Shown: positions 9,127 to 18,627 of the stretch, one piece after another | Position numbering within the stretch: the first letter of the stretch is position 1 | How the letters are laid out: every line of letters starts with the position of its first letter | Assembly: GCA_023150835.1 (NCBI GenBank) | Contig: JAKLKB010000061.1 | Location: 1 to 35,254, forward strand | Direction of reading: 5' to 3' | DNA: 35,254 nucleotides | From: Myxococcota bacterium | GTDB lineage: Bacteria > Myxococcota_C > UBA6777 | Notes under the pieces: model-generated | Told to the model about the DNA's origin: nothing | The model's input: the letters and a program-made list of their open reading frames with translations, nothing else | Database searches by the model: none | Position numbers and translations under genes: made by a program

Positions 9127-10368
9127 ATGCGTGTGATCATCACAACATGGGGAACCTTGGGGGATGTGGATCCGATGGCGGCGATCGGGAGTGCGTTGCA
9201 GGCGCGTGGGGCAGAGGTGGTGGTGTACACCAATCCGCATTTTGTGGAGAGAGTGGAGCAGAAAGGTCTTGAAGCGCGGGGATTTGGTGCGTCGTGGTCT
9301 CCTGATGTGTTTGCGCAAGGAACCCATTTGTCGCATCCGCATCTTGGGCCGTTGCGGGTATGGAATGAACTTTATGCGCCGCGATTTTTGCCGCTGTATC
9401 GGGAGATTGAGGCAGAATTAAAAAGAACACGTGTGGACTTGGTGTTGAACCATCTGTGGTGTTTTGGGGGTCATTTTGCGGGGCAAGCAGCAGGGGTGGC
9501 AACGGGCTTCGTTTCGTTGGCTCCGATAAGCTGGTTTTCGTCGGAGAATCCGGGATATCTGGGGCCGCAACGTGCGCCGTACTGGCTTCGCCGTTGGTCG
9601 CTCAAGGGGCCGATGCGTTGGGTGGGACGGGTCTTTTTTGGCAGGTCGTTGCAATCGGCGTTTCGGGAAGTGGGGCTTTCTCTTTCGCGGGATGCGTTTT
9701 TTTCGTCGGTTGCGTCGTGTGCGTGCAATGTCGGGTTGTGGTCGCCTGCGTGGCGGGCGGATGCTGCGGATGATCCTCCGAACGCTTGGACCTATGGGTT
9801 TCCGCGAGGAAGTGGCTTGCTTGCGCCGCTTGGGCCTGAGATCGAGTCTTTCTTGGCGCAAGGGGAAGCGCCTGTCGTGATGGGGCTAGGGTCGGCCTTG
9901 CCGATGCTTGCGCCTGATCTGTACCGAGAAGTTTGGCAAGCGTGCAGTCGCCTCGGCCAGCGGGCGATCTTGGTGGGCGGCCCTGCGGATCTGGTTGGAT
10001 CGAACGAACGTGAATTGTTGGTGGTTCCGTACGCGCCCTATCGTTCGCTGTTTGCGCGTGCGAAGGTTTTGATCCATCACGGCGGGATCAACTCACTTGC
10101 GGAGTCGCTCGAAACGGGCCTGCCATCCGTGATCATCCCTTTTGCGAACGATCAATTCGACAATGCCTATCGCACCGAAGACCTCGGGGCAGCGGTGGTT
10201 CTGCCTCGCCCCAAAGCCAATGCCAAACGCATCCACCAAGCGCTATCACGCGCTATGGCAGATCGGGACTTACAGGCCAAGGCTTATGCTTTGGGAGAGG
10301 CGATCCGAGCGCAACCTTGTGGCATCGAGCGTGTCGCGGAGGCGATCATGGCGAAGACATGGCGGTGA
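9127..10368 (+). CDS. GT-B glycosyltransferase family 1 (RhlB/sterol glucosyltransferase-like)
   Basis: N-terminal GTLGDVDP and C-terminal nucleotide-sugar motif IHHGGINS...G.P.VIIPFANDQFDNA. Confidence 0.9.
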   Translation: MRVIITTWGTLGDVDPMAAIGSALQARGAEVVVYTNPHFVERVEQKGLEARGFGASWSPDVFAQGTHLSHPHLGPLRVWNELYAPRFLPLYREIEAELKRTRVDLVLNHLWCFGGHFAGQAAGVATGFVSLAPISWFSSENPGYLGPQRAPYWLRRWSLKGPMRWVGRVFFGRSLQSAFREVGLSLSRDAFFSSVASCACNVGLWSPAWRADAADDPPNAWTYGFPRGSGLLAPLGPEIESFLAQGEAPVVMGLGSALPMLAPDLYREVWQACSRLGQRAILVGGPADLVGSNERELLVVPYAPYRSLFARAKVLIHHGGINSLAESLETGLPSVIIPFANDQFDNAYRTEDLGAAVVLPRPKANAKRIHQALSRAMADRDLQAKAYALGEAIRAQPCGIERVAEAIMAKTWR

Positions 10369-10388
10369 GAAGAACCATCGTAGAAGAA

Positions 10389-10508
10389 GACTTATACGAA
10401 ATCCGCCCGTTATATGATCGTAAAAAGGTAGGGTCAGCCCCCCGTAGCTGCCCTATTACAGGGCGTCTACGCACTATCTTTTGTGTATAAATCACTCGGA
10501 TATTGTCT
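10389..10508 (+). mobile_element. Repeat family A (MITE-like, REP-hairpin-bearing), degenerate single copy
   Basis: GACTTATACGAAATCCG...ATCGTAAAAAGGTAGGGTCAGCCC..GCTGCCC..AGGGCGTCTACG..CTTTTGTGTA..CACTCGGATAT. Matches the 81-bp unit and 18331-18448. Lies between convergent genes. Confidence 0.7.
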
Positions 10509-10511
10509 TGC

Positions 10512-11168
10512 CTACGATGCGAGCGAAAAGAAGCGCTGTGTTTCATGCCAGATGCGAGGCATACTGGCGATCAGGCCGTGATCATCGTCGACTTCGATCA
10601 GTTGGACGTGGGGGTGTTGTGCTGCGTAGAGGCGTGAGGACTCGATGGGGACGACCGCATCACGTGTTCCGTGGATGATCAGCGTGGGGCAAGGTACGAC
10701 GGGGAAATTGGGATAGCGTGAGCTATCTTCGATAAACCCCCAATGAACGGGGGTTTGGACGCCATCGGCATCGGGAAGCATCAGGTAGCCGTCGTGTTGC
10801 CAACGCGCCATCTTGTCGGCTCCGTGCATCTTGGGCCAACGCGAGACCAGATCAAAGCCCGGGCAGAGTAAGACCAAGCGTGCGACTCGTTCGGGAAAAC
10901 AACTGGACCAGTAGGCGGAGAGATAGCCCCCCATGCTTGAGCCGATCAAGCACCAACGTTGGGCATCTGTCCGAGACCCCGCATCCATCTGATCGAGGCG
11001 CGCAAGCGCCCCTGTATAGGTGAGTTTGGCAAACGAGGGGTTGTTGATATCGGGGCGCGATAGCGTATGCCCCAAGGCTGCGAAAGATTCGCCAAGCATC
11101 TCGCCTTTTCGAGCTTTTGGACCCGAGGCGAAGCCGTGTATGTAGGCGTATACAAAGTCATGGCTCAT
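10512..11168 (-). CDS. YqiA/YcfP-family alpha/beta hydrolase (esterase)
   Basis: YIHGFASGP..K, nucleophile elbow IGSSMGG, IIHGTRDAVVP, and DDDH. Confidence 0.9.
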   Translation of the reverse strand: MSHDFVYAYIHGFASGPKARKGEMLGESFAALGHTLSRPDINNPSFAKLTYTGALARLDQMDAGSRTDAQRWCLIGSSMGGYLSAYWSSCFPERVARLVLLCPGFDLVSRWPKMHGADKMARWQHDGYLMLPDADGVQTPVHWGFIEDSSRYPNFPVVPCPTLIIHGTRDAVVPIESSRLYAAQHPHVQLIEVDDDHGLIASMPRIWHETQRFFSLAS

Positions 11169-11267
11169 TGGAAAGCAAAGTCCTTTCGTTTCTGGGATTG
11201 CCTTTTGTCTCTTGCACAGGCTATCCTTGGCGGCGCGTAGGCGCAAGACAAAACAGAAGGAGGTGCG

Positions 11268-12596
11268 ATGATGAAGCGAAAGCGAGTGTTGATCTTGGGG
11301 GCGGCAGGGCGGGACTTTCATAACTTTCATCTGATGTATCGAGAAGAGGCTTCGGTCGAGGTGGTGGGGTTTACGGCGACACAGATCCCCAAGATCGCGG
11401 GACGCCGTTATCCGACGGAGCTTGCGGGGCCGCTGTATCCCGAAGGGATCGCGATTTATGAAGAGCGAGATCTGGAGCGTTTGGTGCGGGAGTATGGTGT
11501 GGAAGAGGTGGTGCTTTCGTACTCGGATCTTTCGCATGAAGCGGTGATGCACCTTGCGAGTCGGTCGATCGCTGCGGGAGCATCGTTTTTTTTGCCGGGG
11601 GCGGAACAGACGATGTTGCGCTCAAGCAAGCCTGTGATCGGGGTTTTGGCGACGCGAACAGGTTGCGGAAAAAGCCAAGTGTCGCGTTATCTTGGGCGGG
11701 CGCTGAAAGCTGCGGGGAAAACGCCTGTGGTGGTGCGCCATCCGATGCCGTATGGCGACGATCTGCGCAAGCAGCGTTTGGAGCGGTTTGCGACGTACGA
11801 GGACTTTGCGCGCTATGAATGTACCATCGAAGAACGCGAAGAGTACGAAGCGCATGTTCAAGCAGGGATCGTCGTGTACGCGGGCGTGGATTACGAAGCG
11901 ATCTTGCGCGAGGCCGAACAAGAGGCCGATATCGTCTTGTGGGATGGTGGGAACAATGATCTGCCGTTCTTTCGGCCCGATCTGTGGATTACGGTGGCGG
12001 ATCCGCTGCGTGCAGGTCATGAGTTGCGTTATCATCCCGGGGAAGCCAACCTAAGGCGAGCGGATATCGTGTTGGTCAACAAAGCGAATGCTGCCGAAGA
12101 TTGGGCGTTGAAGACGCTTTTGCAAAATATCCATGCGGCGAATCCAACGGCGCGCTGTGTGGTGGCGGATAGTGTGTTGCGTGTGGAAGATCCGTCGATT
12201 GTGGCGGGAAAGCGAGTTCTTTGTATCGATGACGGACCGACGCTGACGCATGGTGAGATGGCGTTTGGAGCGGGGCAGCGAGCGGCGGAGCAGTTTGGTG
12301 CGCGTGAAGTGGTTGATCCACGGCCTTTTGCGGTGGGAAGTCTGCGCGATACCTTGCAGAAATACCCGCATATCGGGCGATTGTTGCCTGCGATGGGCTA
12401 TTTTGCGGAACAGATCGCGGATCTCGAAGCTTCGATCCGAGCGGTGGATTGTGATGCGGTGCTGATCGCCACTCCCGTCGATCTGGGGCGTTTGGTGCAG
12501 ATCGAACAACCGTACACGCGGGTGCATTACACCTTGGAAGATCGGGTGGGAGAACGCTCGTTGTGGCAAGAAGTGCGCGAAGCATTGGGGCTTTGA
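11268..12596 (+). CDS. COG2403-type P-loop NTPase (usually annotated GTPase or cyclic 2,3-diphosphoglycerate synthase-like; arginine synthetase ArcE-like)
   Basis: GAAGRDFHNF, FTATQIP.I.GR.YP.ELAG, P-loop RTGCGKS, RHPMPYG, TIEEREEYE, WDGGNND, DGPTLTHG. AAGGAGG RBS. Confidence 0.88.
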   Translation: MMKRKRVLILGAAGRDFHNFHLMYREEASVEVVGFTATQIPKIAGRRYPTELAGPLYPEGIAIYEERDLERLVREYGVEEVVLSYSDLSHEAVMHLASRSIAAGASFFLPGAEQTMLRSSKPVIGVLATRTGCGKSQVSRYLGRALKAAGKTPVVVRHPMPYGDDLRKQRLERFATYEDFARYECTIEEREEYEAHVQAGIVVYAGVDYEAILREAEQEADIVLWDGGNNDLPFFRPDLWITVADPLRAGHELRYHPGEANLRRADIVLVNKANAAEDWALKTLLQNIHAANPTARCVVADSVLRVEDPSIVAGKRVLCIDDGPTLTHGEMAFGAGQRAAEQFGAREVVDPRPFAVGSLRDTLQKYPHIGRLLPAMGYFAEQIADLEASIRAVDCDAVLIATPVDLGRLVQIEQPYTRVHYTLEDRVGERSLWQEVREALGL

Positions 12597-12683
12597 GGTC
12601 GATGATCTACCCCTCTACATGGAGGGGCTTTTGTGCGGAATCTTTGGTGGTATCGCGCTGAGGCGAGAAGGGAAAAGCGGGCG

Positions 12684-15278
12684 ATGAATACAGGATGTCC
12701 AGATGCGTTGTGGGTGCGTGTGCGTGCGGGAAAGCCGGTATGTTGGATCGGCGCAGGCGTAGTGCGTTGCCTGCCTCCTGAGTGGAAAGTGTTGCGGTTG
12801 AACTGTGGTGTTGCGTGGTCGATGGGAGGCCCGTTGCATCGGGCATATCAGCAGATGCGCGCTTGGCTTGGCGAGCAAGTGGCCTTGTATCCGACAGAAG
12901 AAGACTCTGTGCGAGTTTCTTTGTTGGAGGAGATGCCTTTGCAGATGTTGGAGCCGTTGTTGATCAAGTCGAGCCAACAGCTTGCGGAGCGTTTTGCGGG
13001 GCGGATGTTGATCTGGTTTGATGCGGTCGAACGGGCCGATCAAGGTGTGTTGTCGGCGCTGCGTCGGATGTTGCTGGCGAAAGATCCGTTGGCTTTGCCG
13101 TGGGTGTTAAGCTTTCACGAAGAACCTCAAGCCGAAGTGGCAGGTTTCTTGGCGCAAGTGAGCGAGCGTTGGGGAGAAGAAGTACGCATCGAAGGGCAGG
13201 GCGAAGGATACGTCTCTCCCGAGCGCTTTGGGTGGGAGCAGCTACCTGCACCGATCTTGCGGGTGCTGCGTGCGGGCGCTTTGGTGGGCAGCAGCTTTGA
13301 GGTCGATGCTGCGGGTTATTTGGTCGGGAAAAGCAATCAAGATGTGTTGATGTCGCTGCAAGAGGCCGTCGATCTAGGTGCTCCGTTGGTCGATTATGGC
13401 GATGGGCATCTTTTTTTGCCGCCCAAAGCCGTCGAGCGATTGCTTGGGTCGATGTTGCCCTCGCTACGGGCGCTTTGGCATGAAAAGTTGACGGTCTGGT
13501 TGGCGGGGGATCTCGTCCAAACCACAAAGACCCCTCCAAAAGCGGACCTCTCCTCCGTGGCTTCCGCATCGTTTGAATCCCCCGCACCTCACAGCACGCA
13601 CGAGGGCGCGTTGCCCGAGACCACCGAAACCAATCTGGTTCCTTTTTCTTTGGAGCGCCAACAGGCCGAAGAGGCTCAAAGAGAAGGCGCACGCATTGTG
13701 GTGAAACGTTCGGAAGATTCGCCGATATCGTCTTCTCAAGACCACAAACGGAAGATCCACCGCGAACAAGAAAGAGTCGTTTCTTCCCCATCGAACGGCT
13801 CTCAAGACACGTTCGATCCATCGTTGAGCGACGAAGAACGTGCGGGGCTATTTGCTTCATTGTTTGATTCTGTCGAGACCGACGAGATCAAAGAGGCCGC
13901 TAGAGCAGCAGCAAAAACACCGCTCCCCTCGCACGAAAAACAAACCGAGCCACAAACCGAACCACACCATCGGCGACACACACATTCGCCGATTCGTTCG
14001 GTCCATTCGATGCCTTCGGCGTGGTCTCCTGCGCGTCCAAAGAATGTGTTGGGTGGCAGCGGTCTTGAAACGCGAAAGTTCCCGCACCTTCGACCTGTGG
14101 ATGTACCCAAGTTAAAGCCCACGATGCCGAAAGATCGGGTGCGGATGGCCGAGCATCTTCGCGAAGCAGGTCATTTGACCGAAGCTGCCGAACAATACGT
14201 GGATGCTTCGCGAGAGGCGATGAAGGCGGGAGAGAGCCAACGTGCGTTGTTGTTGATCCAGCAAGCGATCACGCTGTTGGAGGAGATGCCTGAGTCTCCC
14301 GTCCGATCGCTGTTGGAAGCGCGGGCTTTGTTGGAGTTGGGCCGCTTGCAATGGTTGGGGACTTTTCCCGAGGCGACTTTTTCGCTGCAACAAGCGTTAG
14401 CTTCGATGGATGCGGCAGAAGCAGCGTTACCGTTTGATGCGCCTCCTGAGATGGTCGGAGAGATCGCTTCGTTGAAAGCGGGTGTGAGTTGTGATCTTGG
14501 AGAGGCCAAGGTGTTGGAGCGTTCGTTGCGTGAGTTGACGCAGATCAGCCGCCAGTTGCTTGCGGAAGGGCAGCCGCTTCAAGCGGCGCGCCTGCTCAAC
14601 GAGCAAGCCGCTGTGTACATCCGTTTGGGCGATCCTGTGCAAGCAACGCATCTGTTGTATCGTTCACGTGGCCTGTTTGATGATATCCTTGCCAAAGAGC
14701 CGAACCATTCGACCGCACAAGAAGAAAGCGCCGATACCGAACATCTTTTGGCGCGGCTCGCGCTACACGTCCCCTTGCGTCCCGGTCGCGAAGAAGAAGC
14801 GATCGCGATGAGCCTCCAACATGCCCGAAACGCCGAGCGTTGGTATGCTGCCCAACGCCGCTTTCATGCGCTAGGCCGCGTTTGGGGGACGATGGGCCGA
14901 CTCGAACTCAAGCGCGGTCGCCTCGAAGCTGCACAACAGCGTTTGATCCAATCGCTTGAATTGCAACAGCAAAGTGGCGATCTCACGGGCATGGCGCGCA
15001 CGCACGATGCGTTGGCGCAACTCTTTCTGTTGCAAGGCAACGAGATCGAAGCTGTGCGCGTGTTGGGTGCCTCCATCGCGCTCAACTTTGAAAAAGGTGC
15101 GCCGCTGGGTGTGGCCTTTAATCGACGGGCTTTTGATCAGCTTTTGCAACACCTTCAAACGCAACGCATCACGCCCACCACCGCGCTTCAACAACAGATC
15201 CAACAAACCGAAGCCTTGTTGCTGGAGGCCGAGCGGATGCTTGGGCGCGTTGCTCTGCCTCGAACCATCGGTGTCTAA
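12684..15278 (+). CDS. TPR protein with degenerate STAND/AAA-like N-terminal region and low-complexity linker
   Basis: Walker-B-like [11 protein letters not shown] and winged-helix-like LP....[12 protein letters not shown], but no Walker A. S/P/E-rich middle, helical TPR-like C-terminus. Start uncertain (12633 or 12684). Confidence 0.7.
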   Translation: MNTGCPDALWVRVRAGKPVCWIGAGVVRCLPPEWKVLRLNCGVAWSMGGPLHRAYQQMRAWLGEQVALYPTEEDSVRVSLLEEMPLQMLEPLLIKSSQQLAERFAGRMLIWFDAVERADQGVLSALRRMLLAKDPLALPWVLSFHEEPQAEVAGFLAQVSERWGEEVRIEGQGEGYVSPERFGWEQLPAPILRVLRAGALVGSSFEVDAAGYLVGKSNQDVLMSLQEAVDLGAPLVDYGDGHLFLPPKAVERLLGSMLPSLRALWHEKLTVWLAGDLVQTTKTPPKADLSSVASASFESPAPHSTHEGALPETTETNLVPFSLERQQAEEAQREGARIVVKRSEDSPISSSQDHKRKIHREQERVVSSPSNGSQDTFDPSLSDEERAGLFASLFDSVETDEIKEAARAAAKTPLPSHEKQTEPQTEPHHRRHTHSPIRSVHSMPSAWSPARPKNVLGGSGLETRKFPHLRPVDVPKLKPTMPKDRVRMAEHLREAGHLTEAAEQYVDASREAMKAGESQRALLLIQQAITLLEEMPESPVRSLLEARALLELGRLQWLGTFPEATFSLQQALASMDAAEAALPFDAPPEMVGEIASLKAGVSCDLGEAKVLERSLRELTQISRQLLAEGQPLQAARLLNEQAAVYIRLGDPVQATHLLYRSRGLFDDILAKEPNHSTAQEESADTEHLLARLALHVPLRPGREEEAIAMSLQHARNAERWYAAQRRFHALGRVWGTMGRLELKRGRLEAAQQRLIQSLELQQQSGDLTGMARTHDALAQLFLLQGNEIEAVRVLGASIALNFEKGAPLGVAFNRRAFDQLLQHLQTQRITPTTALQQQIQQTEALLLEAERMLGRVALPRTIGV

Positions 15279-15316
15279 AGTGCAACATGTTGGATAACAC
15301 AAGGAGGATCGCAACC

Positions 15317-17422
15317 ATGCCAGAATGGAGAAAGAAATTCTGGCTCCTGAGTGTGTTCTTATTGCTGATCGTTGGGCATTGGGGATGCGGAGATCCGTGT
15401 GCAGGGCCTTTTCCTGTCGGCCAAGTCCCCGCCGAGTGCCGAACCGAGCCACAACGAGAACCGACACAAGAGCCCACAACACAAGAAGCTGCGGGAGAAC
15501 CCGTCTCTCCCGAGGCTCAAGAAAAGCCGCCCGAAACACAAACGGAAAGTCCCGCTGAAAGCAGCGCAGAGACCTCACCTAGTGAACCCAACGAACCTAA
15601 CGAACCCAGCGAGCCCAGCGACGGCGCGGGAGAAGCGCTCCATGAGACCGCGAAAGAGTCGAGTCCAACGGTACGACTGACAGGCATTGAGGGAGACGGC
15701 ACACAGGCCGCCATCGCCTACCCACAAGGAGAGACAGCCCCCGCGCAAGCCCAAGAAGCCACGCGCCGATTTCAGACTTCTTGGAAGATATCGGGTGAAC
15801 ATCTCGATCAATTAACGGGTTTAAAACTGGTTTCGCAAAAAGATGCTTCGATGGTTTTTACAGAAAAAGACGGTCTTCGTTTTGAGGCTGGAGGTGACGC
15901 CATGCAACGCACTGTATCGCTGCCGAAATCTTTGGTGGCAGGTTTGTTTTTTCTCTACGGTTTGATCGGACAACAAGAGATCTCTCTCGCACAGGTTTAT
16001 GTTTTACAAGGAGAAAAGGGAGACAAAGGCGATGCGGGTACAAACGGCGACAGCTGCCGTATCGCCTCAACCAACAAAAACGCCCAAGGAGACACGGAGA
16101 TCGTTTTTTCTTGTGCAGGCACCTCCAGCACCGTGACCGTGAGCAAAGGTGACAAAGGCAATCGCGGAGAAAAGGGTGAAACAGGCTCCGTAGGTCCGGT
16201 CGGTCCAGCAGGCCCCGCAGGTTCGGTTGGACCCACAGGCCCCGCAGGTTCGGTGGGTCCGGCAGGTCCGACAGGTTCGGTCGGCCCCACAGGCCCGCAA
16301 GGTCCGAAAGGAGATGGTTTCGATGCGGCGACGGTTGCGTATGTGACCCAACTACAAACCTCGCTCAAGATCGATAGCAGCAAGAACACGATGATCTTCA
16401 CGGGCGTGAATGTCTTTGTACAAAACGGTGCGGGAACAACGGTAACGACCAACGGGCTTGGGAATTTGATCGTGGGCTACAACGAAGCCACGACCGCCGT
16501 TCGTACGGGTTCGCACAACATGATCGTCGGAAGCGGACACTCCTACAGCTCGTATTCTGGGATCGTGGCGGGCGAAGGGCACACGCTGAGCGGCAGATAT
16601 TCAGCCTTGATCGGCGGCCAAAGAAACACCGCCAGCGGGGAGCGTTCGGTGGTTGTGGGCGGAGAGCAGAATCAAGCGACGGCGAATAAGGCCAGTGTTT
16701 TTGGAGGAGAGCAGAACCAAGCGACGGCGAGCGGGGCAGGTGTTTTTGGCGGGACGGGCAGTATCTCTTCGGGGGTTCAATCGGCGGTGCTTGGAGGAAA
16801 AACAAACACCGCGTCAGGTCTCCAAGCTGTGGTCGTAGGCGGATCGAACAACCGCAGCGAAGGTACACTTGTGTTGAGCGGAGGGGGAGACAGCAACATC
16901 GCGGCGCAATCGCAAAGCGCTGTGATCGGCGGCCAATCAAACAAAACCGATGCGAATTATTCTTCGGTGTTTGGAGGGCAAAGCAACAAAACCTATGGTT
17001 CTTATAGTAGCATCGTGGGAGGGCAAAACAACTCGACGGGTTTGTTTGGTGGATCGGACGGACAATACGCAACTGTCGCAGGAGGCCACAGCAACGGCGG
17101 AAGAGGAAGTCACTCGTTCGCTTCTGGCGGGGCACAAAATTATGCTTATGGCCCGTACAGTAGCACCACAGGAGGGTATAAAAACACGGCTGGTTCGGCG
17201 ACTGTTGCAACAGACGGCCAATACACGACGACATCAGGCGGCCAGAACAACGTCGCAACGGGCCTATACAGCCACGTTTCAGGCGGTGCGAACAATCGGG
17301 CAGAGGCCGAGAATTCCAGCGTGAGCGGTGGTGCAAATAACCGAACAACGGGGCTTTCCGCGAGTGTTCCGGGAGGCGTGAATCGGGTTGAAAGTGCCAT
17401 CAACGGATGTTCGGGATGCTGA
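15317..17422 (+). CDS. Surface lipoprotein with collagen triple-helix repeats and a C-terminal GGxxN beta-roll (YadA-head-like) repeat domain
   Basis: AAGGAGG RBS, lipobox HWGC, E/P/S/T linker, (G-X-Y)n tract at about 16147-16320, then ~20 repeats of about 14 residues (S.V.GG..N.A.G). Confidence 0.85.
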   Translation: MPEWRKKFWLLSVFLLLIVGHWGCGDPCAGPFPVGQVPAECRTEPQREPTQEPTTQEAAGEPVSPEAQEKPPETQTESPAESSAETSPSEPNEPNEPSEPSDGAGEALHETAKESSPTVRLTGIEGDGTQAAIAYPQGETAPAQAQEATRRFQTSWKISGEHLDQLTGLKLVSQKDASMVFTEKDGLRFEAGGDAMQRTVSLPKSLVAGLFFLYGLIGQQEISLAQVYVLQGEKGDKGDAGTNGDSCRIASTNKNAQGDTEIVFSCAGTSSTVTVSKGDKGNRGEKGETGSVGPVGPAGPAGSVGPTGPAGSVGPAGPTGSVGPTGPQGPKGDGFDAATVAYVTQLQTSLKIDSSKNTMIFTGVNVFVQNGAGTTVTTNGLGNLIVGYNEATTAVRTGSHNMIVGSGHSYSSYSGIVAGEGHTLSGRYSALIGGQRNTASGERSVVVGGEQNQATANKASVFGGEQNQATASGAGVFGGTGSISSGVQSAVLGGKTNTASGLQAVVVGGSNNRSEGTLVLSGGGDSNIAAQSQSAVIGGQSNKTDANYSSVFGGQSNKTYGSYSSIVGGQNNSTGLFGGSDGQYATVAGGHSNGGRGSHSFASGGAQNYAYGPYSSTTGGYKNTAGSATVATDGQYTTTSGGQNNVATGLYSHVSGGANNRAEAENSSVSGGANNRTTGLSASVPGGVNRVESAINGCSGC

Positions 17423-17621
17423 CGTGGTTTTGGTTTGGGATGTTGATGTGGTCTTGAAGGGCCGCGTGGACACAAATCAGCCCGAAGCATACTCAGGAGC
17501 CGAGTGGTTTGGGATCTTGAAGGGTCGTGTGGAAGGGGGGTTTGGAGGGGAGTGGGAGGCTTGTGCGGGGAGGGCGGATTGTGTACAAGAGAAGTCTCGA
17601 TCTTTTTTCAAGGAGTGTGGA

Positions 17622-18332
17622 ATGGTGCGGTGGTTGTGGGTTTTGGGAGTTATGGCGGCATCGGCGTTTGTCGTGGGTGTGGCGTTGGAGATGTACTGGT
17701 TGCGGTTGTTGACGAAGCCGATACCTGTGGGCTGTATGGCGGCGTGGCTGTGGTTTCGGGAAGAGGAAAAGGGGTGGTATGAGTGGGGGATCTTGTTGGG
17801 GCTGTTGTGTTCGATCGGGGGGGATATGTTTTTGGAGTTGAGTGCGGGGATGTTTGTGGTGGGGCTGGGTTGGTTTTTGACGGCGCATCTGTTTTATGTG
17901 ATGGCGTATACTTCGGCGACACGGCGCGCGGTGGCGTTGCAGTTGCTGCCGTTTTTGGGGTATGGGGTGGCGTTGTATGCGTATATGTACGGCTCGATTC
18001 AACAGAAGTTTCCGCGTCTTGTGATCCCTGTGGCGCTGTATACGTTGGTGATCTGTTGCATGATGTGGCGAGCAAGTGCGATGTTGCAAGAGGCGGATAT
18101 TCGGCGTCAAGCGGCATGGTCGGCTTTGTTGGGGGCGATGATCTTTGCGTCGAGCGACTCGGTGATCGCGTTGAATAAGTTCGTTTGGCCGATCCCGGGG
18201 GCTCGTTATGTGATCATCGTGACGTATTGGCTTGGGCAATTGGGGATCGTGCGTTCGGTGATGCGGGCAGAGGCGACAGCTTCGGAGGCCGAAGGCGCGA
18301 AGTCTCGGACGTATGTGCAGCGGGCTGGTTGA
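17622..18332 (+). CDS. yhhN: Lysoplasmalogenase (YhhN/TMEM86 family) membrane protein
   Basis: KPIP, SIGGDMFL, F..GL..FL.AH..Y, PV..Y, GA..F..SDS.IA, and TYWLGQ. AAGGAG RBS. Confidence 0.9.
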   Translation: MVRWLWVLGVMAASAFVVGVALEMYWLRLLTKPIPVGCMAAWLWFREEEKGWYEWGILLGLLCSIGGDMFLELSAGMFVVGLGWFLTAHLFYVMAYTSATRRAVALQLLPFLGYGVALYAYMYGSIQQKFPRLVIPVALYTLVICCMMWRASAMLQEADIRRQAAWSALLGAMIFASSDSVIALNKFVWPIPGARYVIIVTYWLGQLGIVRSVMRAEATASEAEGAKSRTYVQRAG

Positions 18333-18448
18333 TACGATATCCGAGAGATCTGTGATCGAAGCAGAGCGCCCAGACGCCCTGTGCTTGGGCCACAGGGGGC
18401 TGCCCCTACTTTTTTACGATCACACACCCTGCGGATTTCGTATGAGTC
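18331..18448 (-). mobile_element. Repeat family A (MITE-like), complete copy with terminal inverted repeats
   Basis: Begins GATACGATATCCG and ends CGGATTTCGTATGAGTC. Internal reverse-strand GTAGGGGCAGCCCCCTGTGG..CAGGGCGTCT. Overlaps the yhhN stop codon. Confidence 0.75.
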
Positions 18449-18492
18449 GGTGCGTTTTTTGTTCGAGGGTCAACGTGACGCGGATCGGCTTG

Positions 18493-18599
18493 TTTTGTGG
18501 GGCTTTGCCCCCATGTGGAGCGAGAAGATCATCGTTTTTTCAAACCAACGAAGCCGTCGCTTGAGCGGGTGCGAACACGGGGTTTTTTGTCCGCAAGCG
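18493..18599 (+). repeat. Dispersed intergenic repeat family B, copy 3 (internally deleted)
   Basis: TTTTGTGGGGCTTTGCCCCC...GTCGCTTGAGCGGGTGCGAACACGGGGTTTTTTGTCC. Lacks the AAGGG/CCCTT hairpin segment present in copy 1. Confidence 0.8.
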
Positions 18600-18627
18600 A
18601 CGCTGATGAAGAAAGCGAAAGATCGAG

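Noticed and set aside
17431-17533. Short imperfect direct repeat (TGGTTTGGGAT...CTTGAAGGGYCGYGTGGA); a similar local duplication lies at 28485-28573
   Set aside because: Only two degenerate copies each, most simply local duplications with no evidence of function.
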